Part shown: piece after piece, positions 1-10,200 of the stretch
How positions within the stretch are numbered: position 1 is the first letter of the stretch
Layout: the number at the start of each line of letters is the position of its first letter
DNA from: Ancylonema sp.
Taxonomy: Eukaryota
Assembly: GCA_050230475.1 (NCBI GenBank)
Contig: JBFLGF010000052.1
Span: forward strand, 62,001-104,340
Reading direction: 5' to 3'
DNA length: 42,340 nucleotides
Made by a program: the position numbers and the translations under genes
The notes under the pieces: generated by a model
What the model was told of the DNA's origin: nothing
Database searches by the model: none
Seen by the model: only the letters and a program-made list of their open reading frames with translations

Positions 1-288
1 ATGTGAATGTTGGAATAAGTGGGGGGCCACCAATTATTCCACCGGACAAAAAAATCGCGTTCGTTGCAATGTTTAATATTCATGTGTTAGGCCCTCTACG
101 ACAACCCTTGCATACCTAGTTTTTATGTATATCTACCCTCATCCCCGTGGGATTTGCAATCATGTCCTGAAAGGAGATCTATCAATACTCTCCCCCCATT
201 CCCCTTGCAACACAGAGTACAATTTTTTTCGCTCGAGCTGAAACTCTTTTTTTATTCTTATTATTCATAAAATATTAAATTATAATTA

Positions 289-526
289 CTGTAGTGGCCA
301 TACATAATGACCCGGGTTTTAATAAACGAATTAATTTAACTAAAAAAACCACCACTTGACCCAACCCGCGCACCCAATATAACATTTCTAAAAACCCTGA
401 AAAATATTTATTATCTGGTTACACACATTAAAGAATGACTCAATTTTTAAAAAATTGAATTATTTAATTTGACCCCACCCACCCTTCTCATAAATATTTG
501 CGGGTCATTATGTGTGGCCAGTACGG
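289..526. mobile_element. Tc1/mariner(pogo)-like MITE, TA-flanked
   Basis: Imperfect ~26-bp TIRs CTGTAGTGGCCATACATAATGACCCG / CGGGTCATTATGTGTGGCCAGTACGG; TA on both sides (287-288, 527-528); TIR related to the elements at 4666 and 26014. Confidence 0.7.
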
Positions 527-664
527 TATATTTATACTTATGTAATCTATTCTACACTGTTAGTATCTTGGCTGGATGGCTGGCTGGCCGGTTGTGTGGT
601 TGTGTGGCTGATTGGGTTTGTTCAGTACATTGGACGCTGCGAGACAGCGAGTCTCATATATTTT

Positions 665-1790
665 TGGTCTGCCACAATTTAGAGGCAGACAGACAGATAA
701 GATACAAGGCATAGGAGTCATCGCAATCTCAGCGCGATGAGAAAGATAACGCGAGAGCCCGACAGAGAGAGCTGGCTGGCCGCTGGCTAGCTGCCTGGCT
801 GGCTCCCTGGATGGCTAACTAGCTGGCTGGTTCAGATCTGCAAGATAAACCCCTGAAGAATTTCTGTTCATTACAATTGTATGATTACAGGTCAGGCATA
901 ACAGAAAGGTCAGGCATAAGAGCAGCGAAACTGTTCTTTTTAGGTCAAAATCGCACTCGCGATCTGAACGGCTGGGTGGCTATCTTTTCGCAAACATTTA
1001 TCCGCTCGGTCTGAACTACCCTGGAAGCTGCTGGAAGCTAAACTATAAAAACTAAACTAAAAAAGGAGAAATTGTGAAAATTGCAGTCGCAATCTGAACG
1101 GCTGGCTGACTCGCAGACGCATACATTTCTCCGCTCGCTCTGGGCTATCCTGGACGCTGCTGCTGGAAGCTAGATACTTTACTATATAAGAGGAGAAATT
1201 GAAAAAATGGCAGTCGCAAACTGAGCGCGAAGATCGAGAGATCACGAGAGCGCGAGAAAGAAAGAGAGAAAGAGGGAGCGCTGGCAGGCTCACTGGCTGG
1301 CTGGCTGGCTGGCTGGTCGCTGTCGCAAATCGCAGTTGCAGTTCCAAGTTGCAAATCGCAGAAGCGAATCGCTCGGCTCGCCTTGCTCTGATCGGTCCTC
1401 GCTCACCGCCTATACCGACGTCAAAGTCTGACATGCATTGTGACAGAGTGGAAGCCAGCAAGGGTTGCAGACATGGTCTTCGGTCAGTTTGACTACGGCG
1501 AAACAAGCAGGTTAAGGTTCCTGAACCCTAAACCGAAGCTTAGTCCACCGGCAGAATCGGCCGCGCCTACCGGAAGCAATCTTATAGCGATTGCCGGCTG
1601 AATAGACGGCTGTAACTTTCCTCTGTCTATAAAATTGTCACTATATCAAGGGTTTACTGTATATTACGACTGGGCGCCGTAAAATGTAGCAGGCAAACGA
1701 AACGGCCAGCGCATCGAACCGGTAGCGCAATGTTTTGGCCGGTCATATTTGCCGGGAAAATGCCCGGATTCTCCGGAAACGTGCGCTCTA
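665..1790. repeat. Unclassified dispersed repeat, copy 1, left part (GCTG-rich)
   Basis: Colinear, diverged direct match to 33457-34593 (TGGTCTGCCACAATTTAGA...AACGTGCGCTCTA); no convincing protein. Confidence 0.85.
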
Positions 1791-3285
1791 CAGTAAACCC
1801 TTGATATAGTGACAGATTTATAGACAATGAAAAATAATGTCACTATATCGAATGCTAGGGGTGTCACTGTACACTGTATAGTGACATTTGATAAGGCGAC
1901 ATCGGGCAAATGTCACTATGTCGAGGGAAAGTGAAATCCAGGTACTAAAAGCTATCAGATCGGGTTCGCAACGATTTTTCATATCGTTTCATTAAATTGG
2001 GAGCGTTTTTTGCCCATGCATGAAGCATATATCGAAATAAAATTGCAAAGAAAACATCAATACGCATGCGTGTGTAGAAGAATACCCACCGAGATACTCG
2101 GATTCATGTATTGAAAACGTAGACATTCATGTTCCGTTTCCAACAAACTTTGGCATACGTATAGTCAAAAGTACAATAAATAGGATGAAGTGGTGCTTAA
2201 ATTCAAATCCGCTAGTAATTACTAACTTCCTAACCATGCGATGCATATTGGCATGAAACTCATACAATTCTTGCATACTTGTTTCAAAATTCGGATATTT
2301 TATTATGAGCGTATGGACGACATATACAAGTACATCAAGGGGATCTCAGAATCGTAGTCAAATAACACTCCAAATGGTTCTTCTTGTACGACGTCCCCGT
2401 TTAGAAAATTCAAGTACACAATTTTCCTTCCTTCAACAACAATGTTTTACATACTACCACAAGCCCAACTTGCTAAGTTTGAAGGTGCTAGGAACTTTTT
2501 TGTCGATTTGTTCGTTCTATCGATTTTTGAGTAGCGTCGATTTAGCTAATTGTATTTTCGGCCTTGTAGTCGATTTGTTGTATCGAATTAGCCTTGTTAG
2601 TTTGACATGACATGTTTTGTCATTTGGCACTTTTAGCCACGTGTTGACGGATGTCGATGTTTGTCAATAAGATTGCTCTCATTATATTTGATCAAAGTTT
2701 TTCGACCTCAAGTGCTTTTCTTGTTTAAGTGATCTTGTAGTGTCGTGAGCTATTCTTCATTCATGAGAGTGTGAGTGTTACAACGATATTGCATATATGG
2801 AAGAATCAAGTAGCAACACAACTTTCAAATAGCGTCACGTCCACATATTCCTATTTACTGACTCTAAAGAAATCAGTGATTACGGTTTGAGATTCATAAC
2901 TGAGTTTGTATATTTGCCTCCAATACAACTCGTTCTGAATACCGTGCGCATCTAGGTTAAAAATAATTTATCACACTGCTTGTTGACCTAAGAAGTCCTC
3001 CAATATTGTCACCGCCTCTTATGCCCGGGCGACAAGTTTTTTTTTTTTTTTTTTTTTTTAATGAAGGTAAATGGGTCATATAAACAACGTTTGTTCGAAT
3101 ATTCACTCGCTATAGTGACATCTCAATAGTAAAATCTGGGATTATTTGGTCACTATAACGTGTGTCACTATAGCGATTGTCACTATATAGAGTGGGTTTT
3201 TATATAGGATTAGAAAAACGGCGAAAAAAATGTCACTATGTCGTGATTGTCACTATATCCAGTGTCACTATATCAAGAGTTATTG
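1791..3285. mobile_element. pogo/Tc1-mariner-like non-autonomous DNA transposon (element A)
   Basis: TIRs CAGTAAACCCTTGATATAGTGACA / TGTCACTATATCAAGAGTTATTG, repeated subterminal GTCACTATA motifs, TA flanks; absent from the homologous site at 34592. Confidence 0.75.
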
Positions 3286-3290
3286 TAGTA

Positions 3291-4550
3291 CAGTAAAACC
3301 TGTAAAGGAATACTCTCGGGATTTAGTATTCATATAGACAGGTTATTCAATTAGACGGTTTCGGGCTTTAAATGTTTTAAAACCCGTTCCTATGTGCCTA
3401 CAACGTGAAACATGCCAGTATCGAGGTCAGAATCCGTTAAAACGTGTTTTGCAACTTCCATCTGGGTTGCACGACAATATTCTGTCGTATAGCGAGTTCC
3501 AAGAACCTGGGATATGCTAGAGACCCACGAACGTAATTTTATGACGTCAAATTCGACGTGGCGGGCACTCATACTACCCCCCTGAAATATTGCCCGTTGC
3601 AGTTTTGTCGTGTAACGATTGCAATTGCAACTTCCCATAATCTGGGAGACGCATATAACTGTACGGTCATGTAAAAACCTATATAAATCTGTACGGATTT
3701 GTACGGATTCCGTACATTATTCCTCAACACGTTCGCGGGCCGGGAAAAAATATTCCTTTAGAGAGACGCATTTTATTAAAGCACGATGGGAACCCCATCT
3801 GAGTACAACACCAACGTTATCGTACCAACCTAACGGAACAGAAGAAGGAAAATAACCCCAACACTAAAACAACCGAGCAACAATACTTAACTCTGCTGAC
3901 GACAATAACACCCGCGGAGGGGGGGGAGGTAACAGAGCCATACCCTCTTCCAATCGCAACGTCCTAGCATGGATTGCATGTGCTAGAGAACGTTGTAAAG
4001 CAATAGAAACTCTCTGCCGAAACCAAGTAACTAACAAACTAATATTCTGCCCCGATCGCCCATTCAGTTGCGCCGCACGGTGAGCACAATCCACCAACAA
4101 CCGATTGCTTGCATCGGAAAGCGCATGAATGTTGCGCGATCACGATGGGATGCACTTGGTCCCTGCCGCGCGATCACGATAGTGAGTTTCTTTACGCCGT
4201 TCCGCATCTTTTGCGGCCACAACCCTCGACAAGCCGCGCGATCCACCAAGTCACGCCGCGTGGGGTCAATAGTGACCACATCCACCAAAATATGCCCCTC
4301 CACCAAATCCGAAATAACAATATCCACTCGTCCCCCACGACCGCCCGGAGCGGGGGACGAAAGAAACCCCGTACGTTCACGTTGAACATGCTAACTCGAC
4401 TCGCGGAGAATGTGATGACTCCTGCATAACTCTTTAGAGAGTTATGCAGGTTTTGGAATAATTACACTCGCCCAACGTCGGGACCGGGATTTTTTATTCT
4501 ATTAGAGAGGTTATTCCTTAAGACAGTATTCCTTTAAACAAGTTTTACTA
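3291..4550. mobile_element. pogo/Tc1-mariner-like MITE (element B), interrupted by a LINE fragment
   Basis: TIRs CAGTAAAACCTGTAAAGGAATACT / AGTATTCCTTTAAACAAGTTTTACTA, TA flanks; uninterrupted sister copy at 16201-16791. Confidence 0.85.
3766..4420 (-). mobile_element. 5'-truncated CRE/SLACS-type non-LTR retrotransposon (restriction-like endonuclease C-terminus), pseudogenised
   Basis: Minus-strand peptides MDIVISDLVEGHILVDVVTIDPTRRDLV and WFRQRVSIALQRSLAHAIHAR resemble RLE-LINE C-termini; AATAAA near the 3' end; flanked by CTTTAGAGAG at 3756-3765 and 4432-4441. Confidence 0.75.
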
Positions 4551-4552
4551 TA

Positions 4553-4665
4553 CAATCATGAACTGCGCTCGTGGCATAATTTGGGGATGCCTGCGCTCAT
4601 GGGCGCATGATCCAGCGCGTATGAGCTCGCTGCGCTCCGCGCTCATGTAACGGACGTTTCGGATA
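4553..4665. repeat. Unclassified dispersed repeat, copy 1, right part
   Basis: CAATC...TGGGGATGCCTGCGCTCATG...GGACGTTTCGGATA matches 34597-34697. Confidence 0.8.
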
Positions 4666-5485
4666 CCCGTACCGGCTAGATTTAATGCCCCACCCCTCCA
4701 GGGATAGAAATAATAAGCCAAAGACTCAGCAATCCGCCCACCCCGAGCACATAGTTTTTAGGCCCCAGCAATTCGCCCACCCCTTCCGGGCGACTATTTA
4801 TTCACATATGACCCACTCTGGTAACGGTCAAATTAGCTCCTAAAACGCTGAACACCATTATCGTTAAATATCATTTTATCGGTATTCCTATATTTGGCCT
4901 CTATGGCCTGTATTTGCCCCTTTATACCCTTGATGCCCCCCCACCGACCCCCATTAAACTCAGATTTTATTTTTAGTGTGTAGATTTAGGCTGTCTAAAT
5001 GAAGAATAAATCTTAAATACAACAACACAAATTAAAAATTAAAATACAAAAACAAATAAATAAATACAAAGTACATTAGTGTACATTTCTTTTGTGGCTT
5101 TTCATAAATTGTGAGGTAACTGTGACCATATTATGTATGGGTGCGCATGCGTAAACAAGTTATGTACGCAAGCAGATATGTTCAATTGTGATTGTACAAT
5201 TGTGTTGAACTAAAATGGTTTTTATGAAACGGGATGTTGTTTTCTTATGATGCCTTGCCTTTTTTCATAGAGGGGTGGCATCTGTATCCGGTAGTCTTAA
5301 ATTGTTCTGAACTATAGATGACCTCAAAATACCTCGAGATAAAGACCGAGGCCTCCTCAAAAAACCGGGGATTAGGGGACTCAAGGCCCCATAAGCGACC
5401 TTGGAATTAATATTTATGACCCGGACTCAAGACCCAACCGGGAAAAATAATGAATTTCCGGATCATTTAATTTGGCCGGTACAGG
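4666..5485. mobile_element. Tc1/mariner-like MITE (element C)
   Basis: TIRs CCCGTACCGGCTAGATTTAATG / CATTTAATTTGGCCGGTACAGG, TA flanks; both ends match 26014-26617 in reverse orientation. Confidence 0.75.
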
Positions 5486-5688
5486 TACTACCGGAATGAA
5501 AATTAAAAACAGAAGAACTCCGCAAAAATACATGTTAACCGCACAACCACCACCGATCCGCCCACTGAAAGACCTAAGTCCGTCGGTGCAACTGATTCTT
5601 GTTTAGGTCAAACTTTATCGAATAGAATCTGTCCTCAAATATACAATTTATGAATCATAGATTAAAATATGTGGCCAATGATCAAATT

Positions 5689-5768
5689 GATCATATGGCC
5701 GAGCGGTCTAAGGCGCAAGATTAAGGCTCTTGTCCGAAAGGGCGTGGGTTCAAATCCCACTGTGGTCA
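5689..5768 (+). tRNA. tRNA-Leu(AAG)
   Basis: Full cloverleaf: acceptor GATCATA/TGTGGTC (2 G-U pairs), TGGCCGAGCGGTCTAAGGCG D arm, anticodon arm CAAGA-TTAAGGC-TCTTG, variable arm TCCGAAAGGG, T arm GTGGGTTCAAATCCCAC, discriminator A; T-run ~25 nt downstream. Confidence 0.9.
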
Positions 5769-8549
5769 AATCAAACAGTTACCAGGTCAGGCTTCTTTTT
5801 GCGAGAAACGGCTAGATATTCGACGTCATACCCTTTAGGATTTGGCTGGTTTATTTGGACGCCAGAATTTGGCTATGAAATTACGTAGCCAGGTAATAGG
5901 CCGCACTTTTGTCAAGCCAAATACTCGGCGGGGGAAAAAAAAAAAAAAAAAAGACTACGTACTCCACGTCATACCTTTAAATAAATAGTCCATGGGTCTG
6001 TCGCGATCCCGTCGGGCTCTTCTTATGGGCCCTTCCGGTTCGGCATTGACGGACCCGAACATACGTCCGATCGGCGCATTATCCGGAGGACATCCGTACA
6101 TTATTCGTCCGTTATGTTTTCATCCGTTCTTCTGCTAACGGTGACGGGACCGGTGACGCACGTCCCGTCGCTGTAGCTATCTCCGTCTAATCCGGAGGAC
6201 CCAGCTCCCCCTGAAAGAGTCCCACCACGGAACGCCCGCACTGGCCCTCTCAGAGCTGACATTGGCCTCCCATTCCCTGCCAGTATTAGTGCGGTGAGCG
6301 GATTTTTGCGAGAGCGACGGACGTGGTGTCCTAATCGATACCTCCTCCATCTCCTGTGCCCGAAATCTGTCAAAATGCTTGGCGCACGGACCATAATTCT
6401 TCACGTCGTCGTGCACAATTTTTTTCCCCGAAGAATTGCAGACCGCGTTGTGTCGGATCGGAGTGGGCAGTCCGCACCTCTTCGTTCTCTCGGGTTGACA
6501 TCCTGATCCACCGTCCTCCCCTGTCCCCTAGTTTGTGCAGCAACGCGAAGAAAATATGCACCACGCCCCCTCCGCCAGCCACGTGGTACGAGTCGTGCTC
6601 GCCCGCCCCCGCCCCCGCCCCCGCCCAGTGACCCTGTTCCCATTCGTCGCTGAAACCGACAAGTGCATGCGATTTTGCGCGTAGAACTGTGGACCGTCGG
6701 AAGTGCACGTGAGTGGGCTGTCCAATCTTGGTCCCTTGTCCTCTGGTCTGTGCGGAAACCAGGAACGATACCTACTTACGATATTCAAATATACGTATAC
6801 AAATAGGAATGATATACGATTTTGGCCGCAAGAGAGGGTTAGTTATGGATAGTCCATGGGTCATACATCTTTTGCGATCCCGTTGGGCACTTTTTTTGCG
6901 CCCGATATTCCTCAGGTTCAAAACGAATAGCGCCGGACGCCTCTGTCTCCGGGTTCCTTTTTTGTTTCCGCCCGTCGGAATATTAATTGTTCGACAGAGC
7001 GATCGATGTTCGACTGCCGTAGCGGGGATACGGAAGTATGTCGGAAGTATGGAAGTATGGAAGTTGGGACCAACTTCCAAACGTTACAGCGGCCACAAAC
7101 GTTACAGCGGTTAATGGATGACGACTTCTGCGATCTGAACTTGTATATTTTTTTGCGCCCGCCCGGTTCGGTGTCCACCGGTACCGTGAACCGTTTTTCC
7201 TCTCGGCGCATTTGACGGAGATCCGTACCCTTTTTGGTGTACCTTTCGACCCGTTCTCTTGTAACCAGTTTCCTCCGACTAATCCGGAGGCCTGGGATCC
7301 AGCTCCCCCCGACACAGTCCCATAGCGTCGGATGATTAATAGCGCCGGATGACTGTGTCCGGATTATCTCTTTTGTTTCCGCCCGTGCGCCCCTATTGGC
7401 TACCCGGCATGTAGCCGGTCGTTTTGTTCTTTTGGTACCGAACTCTTTTTTGGTCCCCATCCCGCTGGGCGGCCGGGCGGCCGGGCGGGCGGAACCTTTC
7501 ATTCGCATCCCTGTAGAACCCCGTTGCACCAGTCATTAATAGCCGCGTAATTGCATCGCCACTCTTTCGCCGCGTTATTTTGTAGCCAAACCAGTTGGCT
7601 GGAGTATTGTGAAGCCGAACCGACTAAGGTCACGAAACTCTGAGAAGTCGTTAGACGCGACCAATGACGCACCCTGCGCACCCTGCCACCTCTACTTTCT
7701 GTTGTCCTTGTTGCGTCGGGTTTGCGCGTTGCGAGTGTATTCTCGTGCCCGTTTTGGTCGTCGCACCTCTGTTGCACGTACTCTCATTTCGATCGCCTCG
7801 AAATCTGTGTGAAAATGGGTCCCACTTTTTTCCCCTGCCGAACCTGGCGGGAAGTGTTTCGTCTCCTTCGAGCCGATTGCGGAGTGTGTTTCGGTGCGCG
7901 CAATATAGTCGCACCTGCGTAGGTTATGACATATTGAATTGCACTACTCTTCTTCATCAAAAGTCAAGTACTCATATGTGCAATTCTGAAACTCATCCAA
8001 CAAAACACCATGAATTCTTTGCAAATGTATTTTCTTCAAAAATAATTAGGTCAAATGTTCCGACCTTAAAGTCTTAGTACAATCCTGACAAAAACTACCA
8101 AAATGCAACTTCTGGGACTGACAGCTTCAGTGCCTCTAAGCCTAAACACTTGTCACCTACGTGTCACTACGTGTCACAATATCTCAACTAGTGACTACAA
8201 ACGTCGACACGTTGACCAGCAAAAACTTACACATGTCCAAAATATGCAAGCTACTATCACCACGTGCACCTCTCTAAATTAAACGCATCACACAAAGAAT
8301 GACTCAATTGTGACCAAAGACGACGCGTATCGGTCACTTCAAATTTTCGACCTCGTATTATCCGCCCACCTAATTAGCACTCAAAACGCTACACTTGTAA
8401 AATCGATATGTTCCTAACCACAACTATAAATCAACTTATGTATTCACTCAAATGTTTTTTTGCAACAAAACTTATCAAGATAAGGCATCGACGCATTTTC
8501 GATTTCGTTGTAAAAGCAGTGATTCTGCTTTCTCACATAGGTATGGCTG

Positions 8550-8962
8550 TGTTAGGACCCTCGCTATAGTCCCTAGGGCTCCTTAGCGAGTTCCCTAACC
8601 TAGCGCTACTAGTCTAGTGTGCGAGTAGCGAGTGTGTGTTCTTGTACCGCGACTTGGGTCGCTCGAGGGAGAGCTAGAGCCCTTGTAGAGTTTCGCTATT
8701 ATTATATCGAGTGTTGATCGCTTATAGCGACTAGTTCTTGTATGCGACTTCAGTTGTTCGTTTAGAGCGATACTCATTGTCCCACATTTGGAGTGAAGTC
8801 GCTAGCCGAGATTTCACTATATAGTTCGAGTTAGGATTGAGGATTTCTCACTCATAACATCTCATGTACTCACATACTTTTATACACTTTTCCCATCGTG
8901 TCATTTCCCTTTGTGAGTGTTCATCAAACTTTAGATCCTTTCCCCTCCTCCCGGGTCTAAGA
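8550..8962 (+). repeat. 5' LTR
   Basis: TGTTAGGACCC...GGGTCTAAGA (CA end mutated); matches 3' LTR; TATATA at 8818-8823. Confidence 0.93.
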
Positions 8963-9103
8963 CTATGTTAGGAGCGAAAAATTTGTGAGGTTCTTTTTCG
9001 GTTTTCCACCTAGTGAGCTTCATTCTTTAGGGTTTCCCACCCCTCTCCCCCCCATCTTTCAGATTTTCCTTCTTCATTTCTGTCATTTTTCTTCCCATTT
9101 CTC

Positions 9104-10200
9104 ATGGATTCAGATTCGCGTTATGACGACTTAATTCGACAAATGCAGGCAGGAAATGAAGGCAACTTTCGATATCCAATATGATCGTCTCACACGTGAA
9201 AATGAGGAACTCCGTTACAAAGCTAGCGTCTATGAGGAGGCCGGATCTACTCGGCCCACATTTTCTGAGTTCCAACAAATACCTCTAGCTGATGAGTCTC
9301 CCTACACTCAGCCTTCCCCTAACCAGCAGTCCTATACCCAGCCCGCCCCCCCCCCCCATGTTGTTTACTATCCTCACCCACCAGCCCTTCCCCAGCCCCT
9401 GTGACCTTAACCTACCCCTGCCTTATGTTCTCGGGCAAGTCAGCAGATCTGCAAAACTTCCGTTTTAGGGTTACCCAACACATTCTGGGCAGCCCCCTAC
9501 GCTATCACACTACCAGATCTAAACTGATTCTGGCGGGCAATCTGCTGGACAGCATGGCCAAAAGCTGGTTCCGCTCCGTCTGCGATCCTGTCACCGCAGA
9601 GCCCCCCACAAACTGGACCGTGGCAGATTTCTTTCAGGAACTCGACGACACATTCGGGGGGGGAGAGGACCAGGCAGCCCTCGAACGCCGCCTGCACGAG
9701 TTGCAACACACGGGATCAGTGGCTGAGCTTTCTGTTCGGTTCAGGGACATCACGAACACCTTCCAGCTGCGCTGGACGGACCACTCCCTGATTTTCAACT
9801 TCAAAGCCAAGCTGAAACCTGCGATTCAAAGCGAGCTGGCGCGTTCTACACAACCCCTTACCTTCTCGGCCTTTGTGAAGGCTGCTGGCCTGGTCGAAAC
9901 CAACCTCGCCAACAGCCGTCGCATCGACGCTGCAACCCGCAAACCGCCCTACACTTCCCCATCCCAAGCCTCTGGCCCCACCCCCTCCTACCTCCAAGAA
10001 GTCACCCCCATGGAACTCGATGGCACCCGGCGCAAACGGCTCCAGCTGGAATCCACAGAATATGATTGGCGCAAGAAGGGAAACCTGTGCATGTACTGTG
10101 GAGGCGCGGGCCATAACCGCGACTCCTGCCCGGCGAAGCCGGCCAACCAGGCCCGCCAGGTCCGCTTTCTGGACACTTCTCCTGACCACCCAAAAAACGA
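9104..10200 (+). pseudogene. gag (retrotransposon capsid plus CCHC zinc knuckle), frameshifted
   Basis: ATG at 9104; ORFs 9156-9404 and 9401-10381; PMELD motif and CMYCGGAGHNRDSC knuckle. Confidence 0.9.

Noticed and set aside
1057..1506. ORFs similar to those at 33932-34384
   Set aside because: Similarity reflects the DNA repeat and its GCTG/GA simple repeats; frames are not conserved and no domain is visible
2400..2880. Faint resemblance of a minus-strand translation (WLKVP...RYNK...LLKNR*...ACGSM*NIVVE) to a Harbinger DDE transposase
   Set aside because: Too degenerate to support by eye; needs a profile-HMM search
5822..5979. ACGTCATACC(C)TTTA direct repeats around a poly(A) run, SINE-like
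   Set aside because: The poly(A) does not abut the second repeat and there is no internal promoter or second copy
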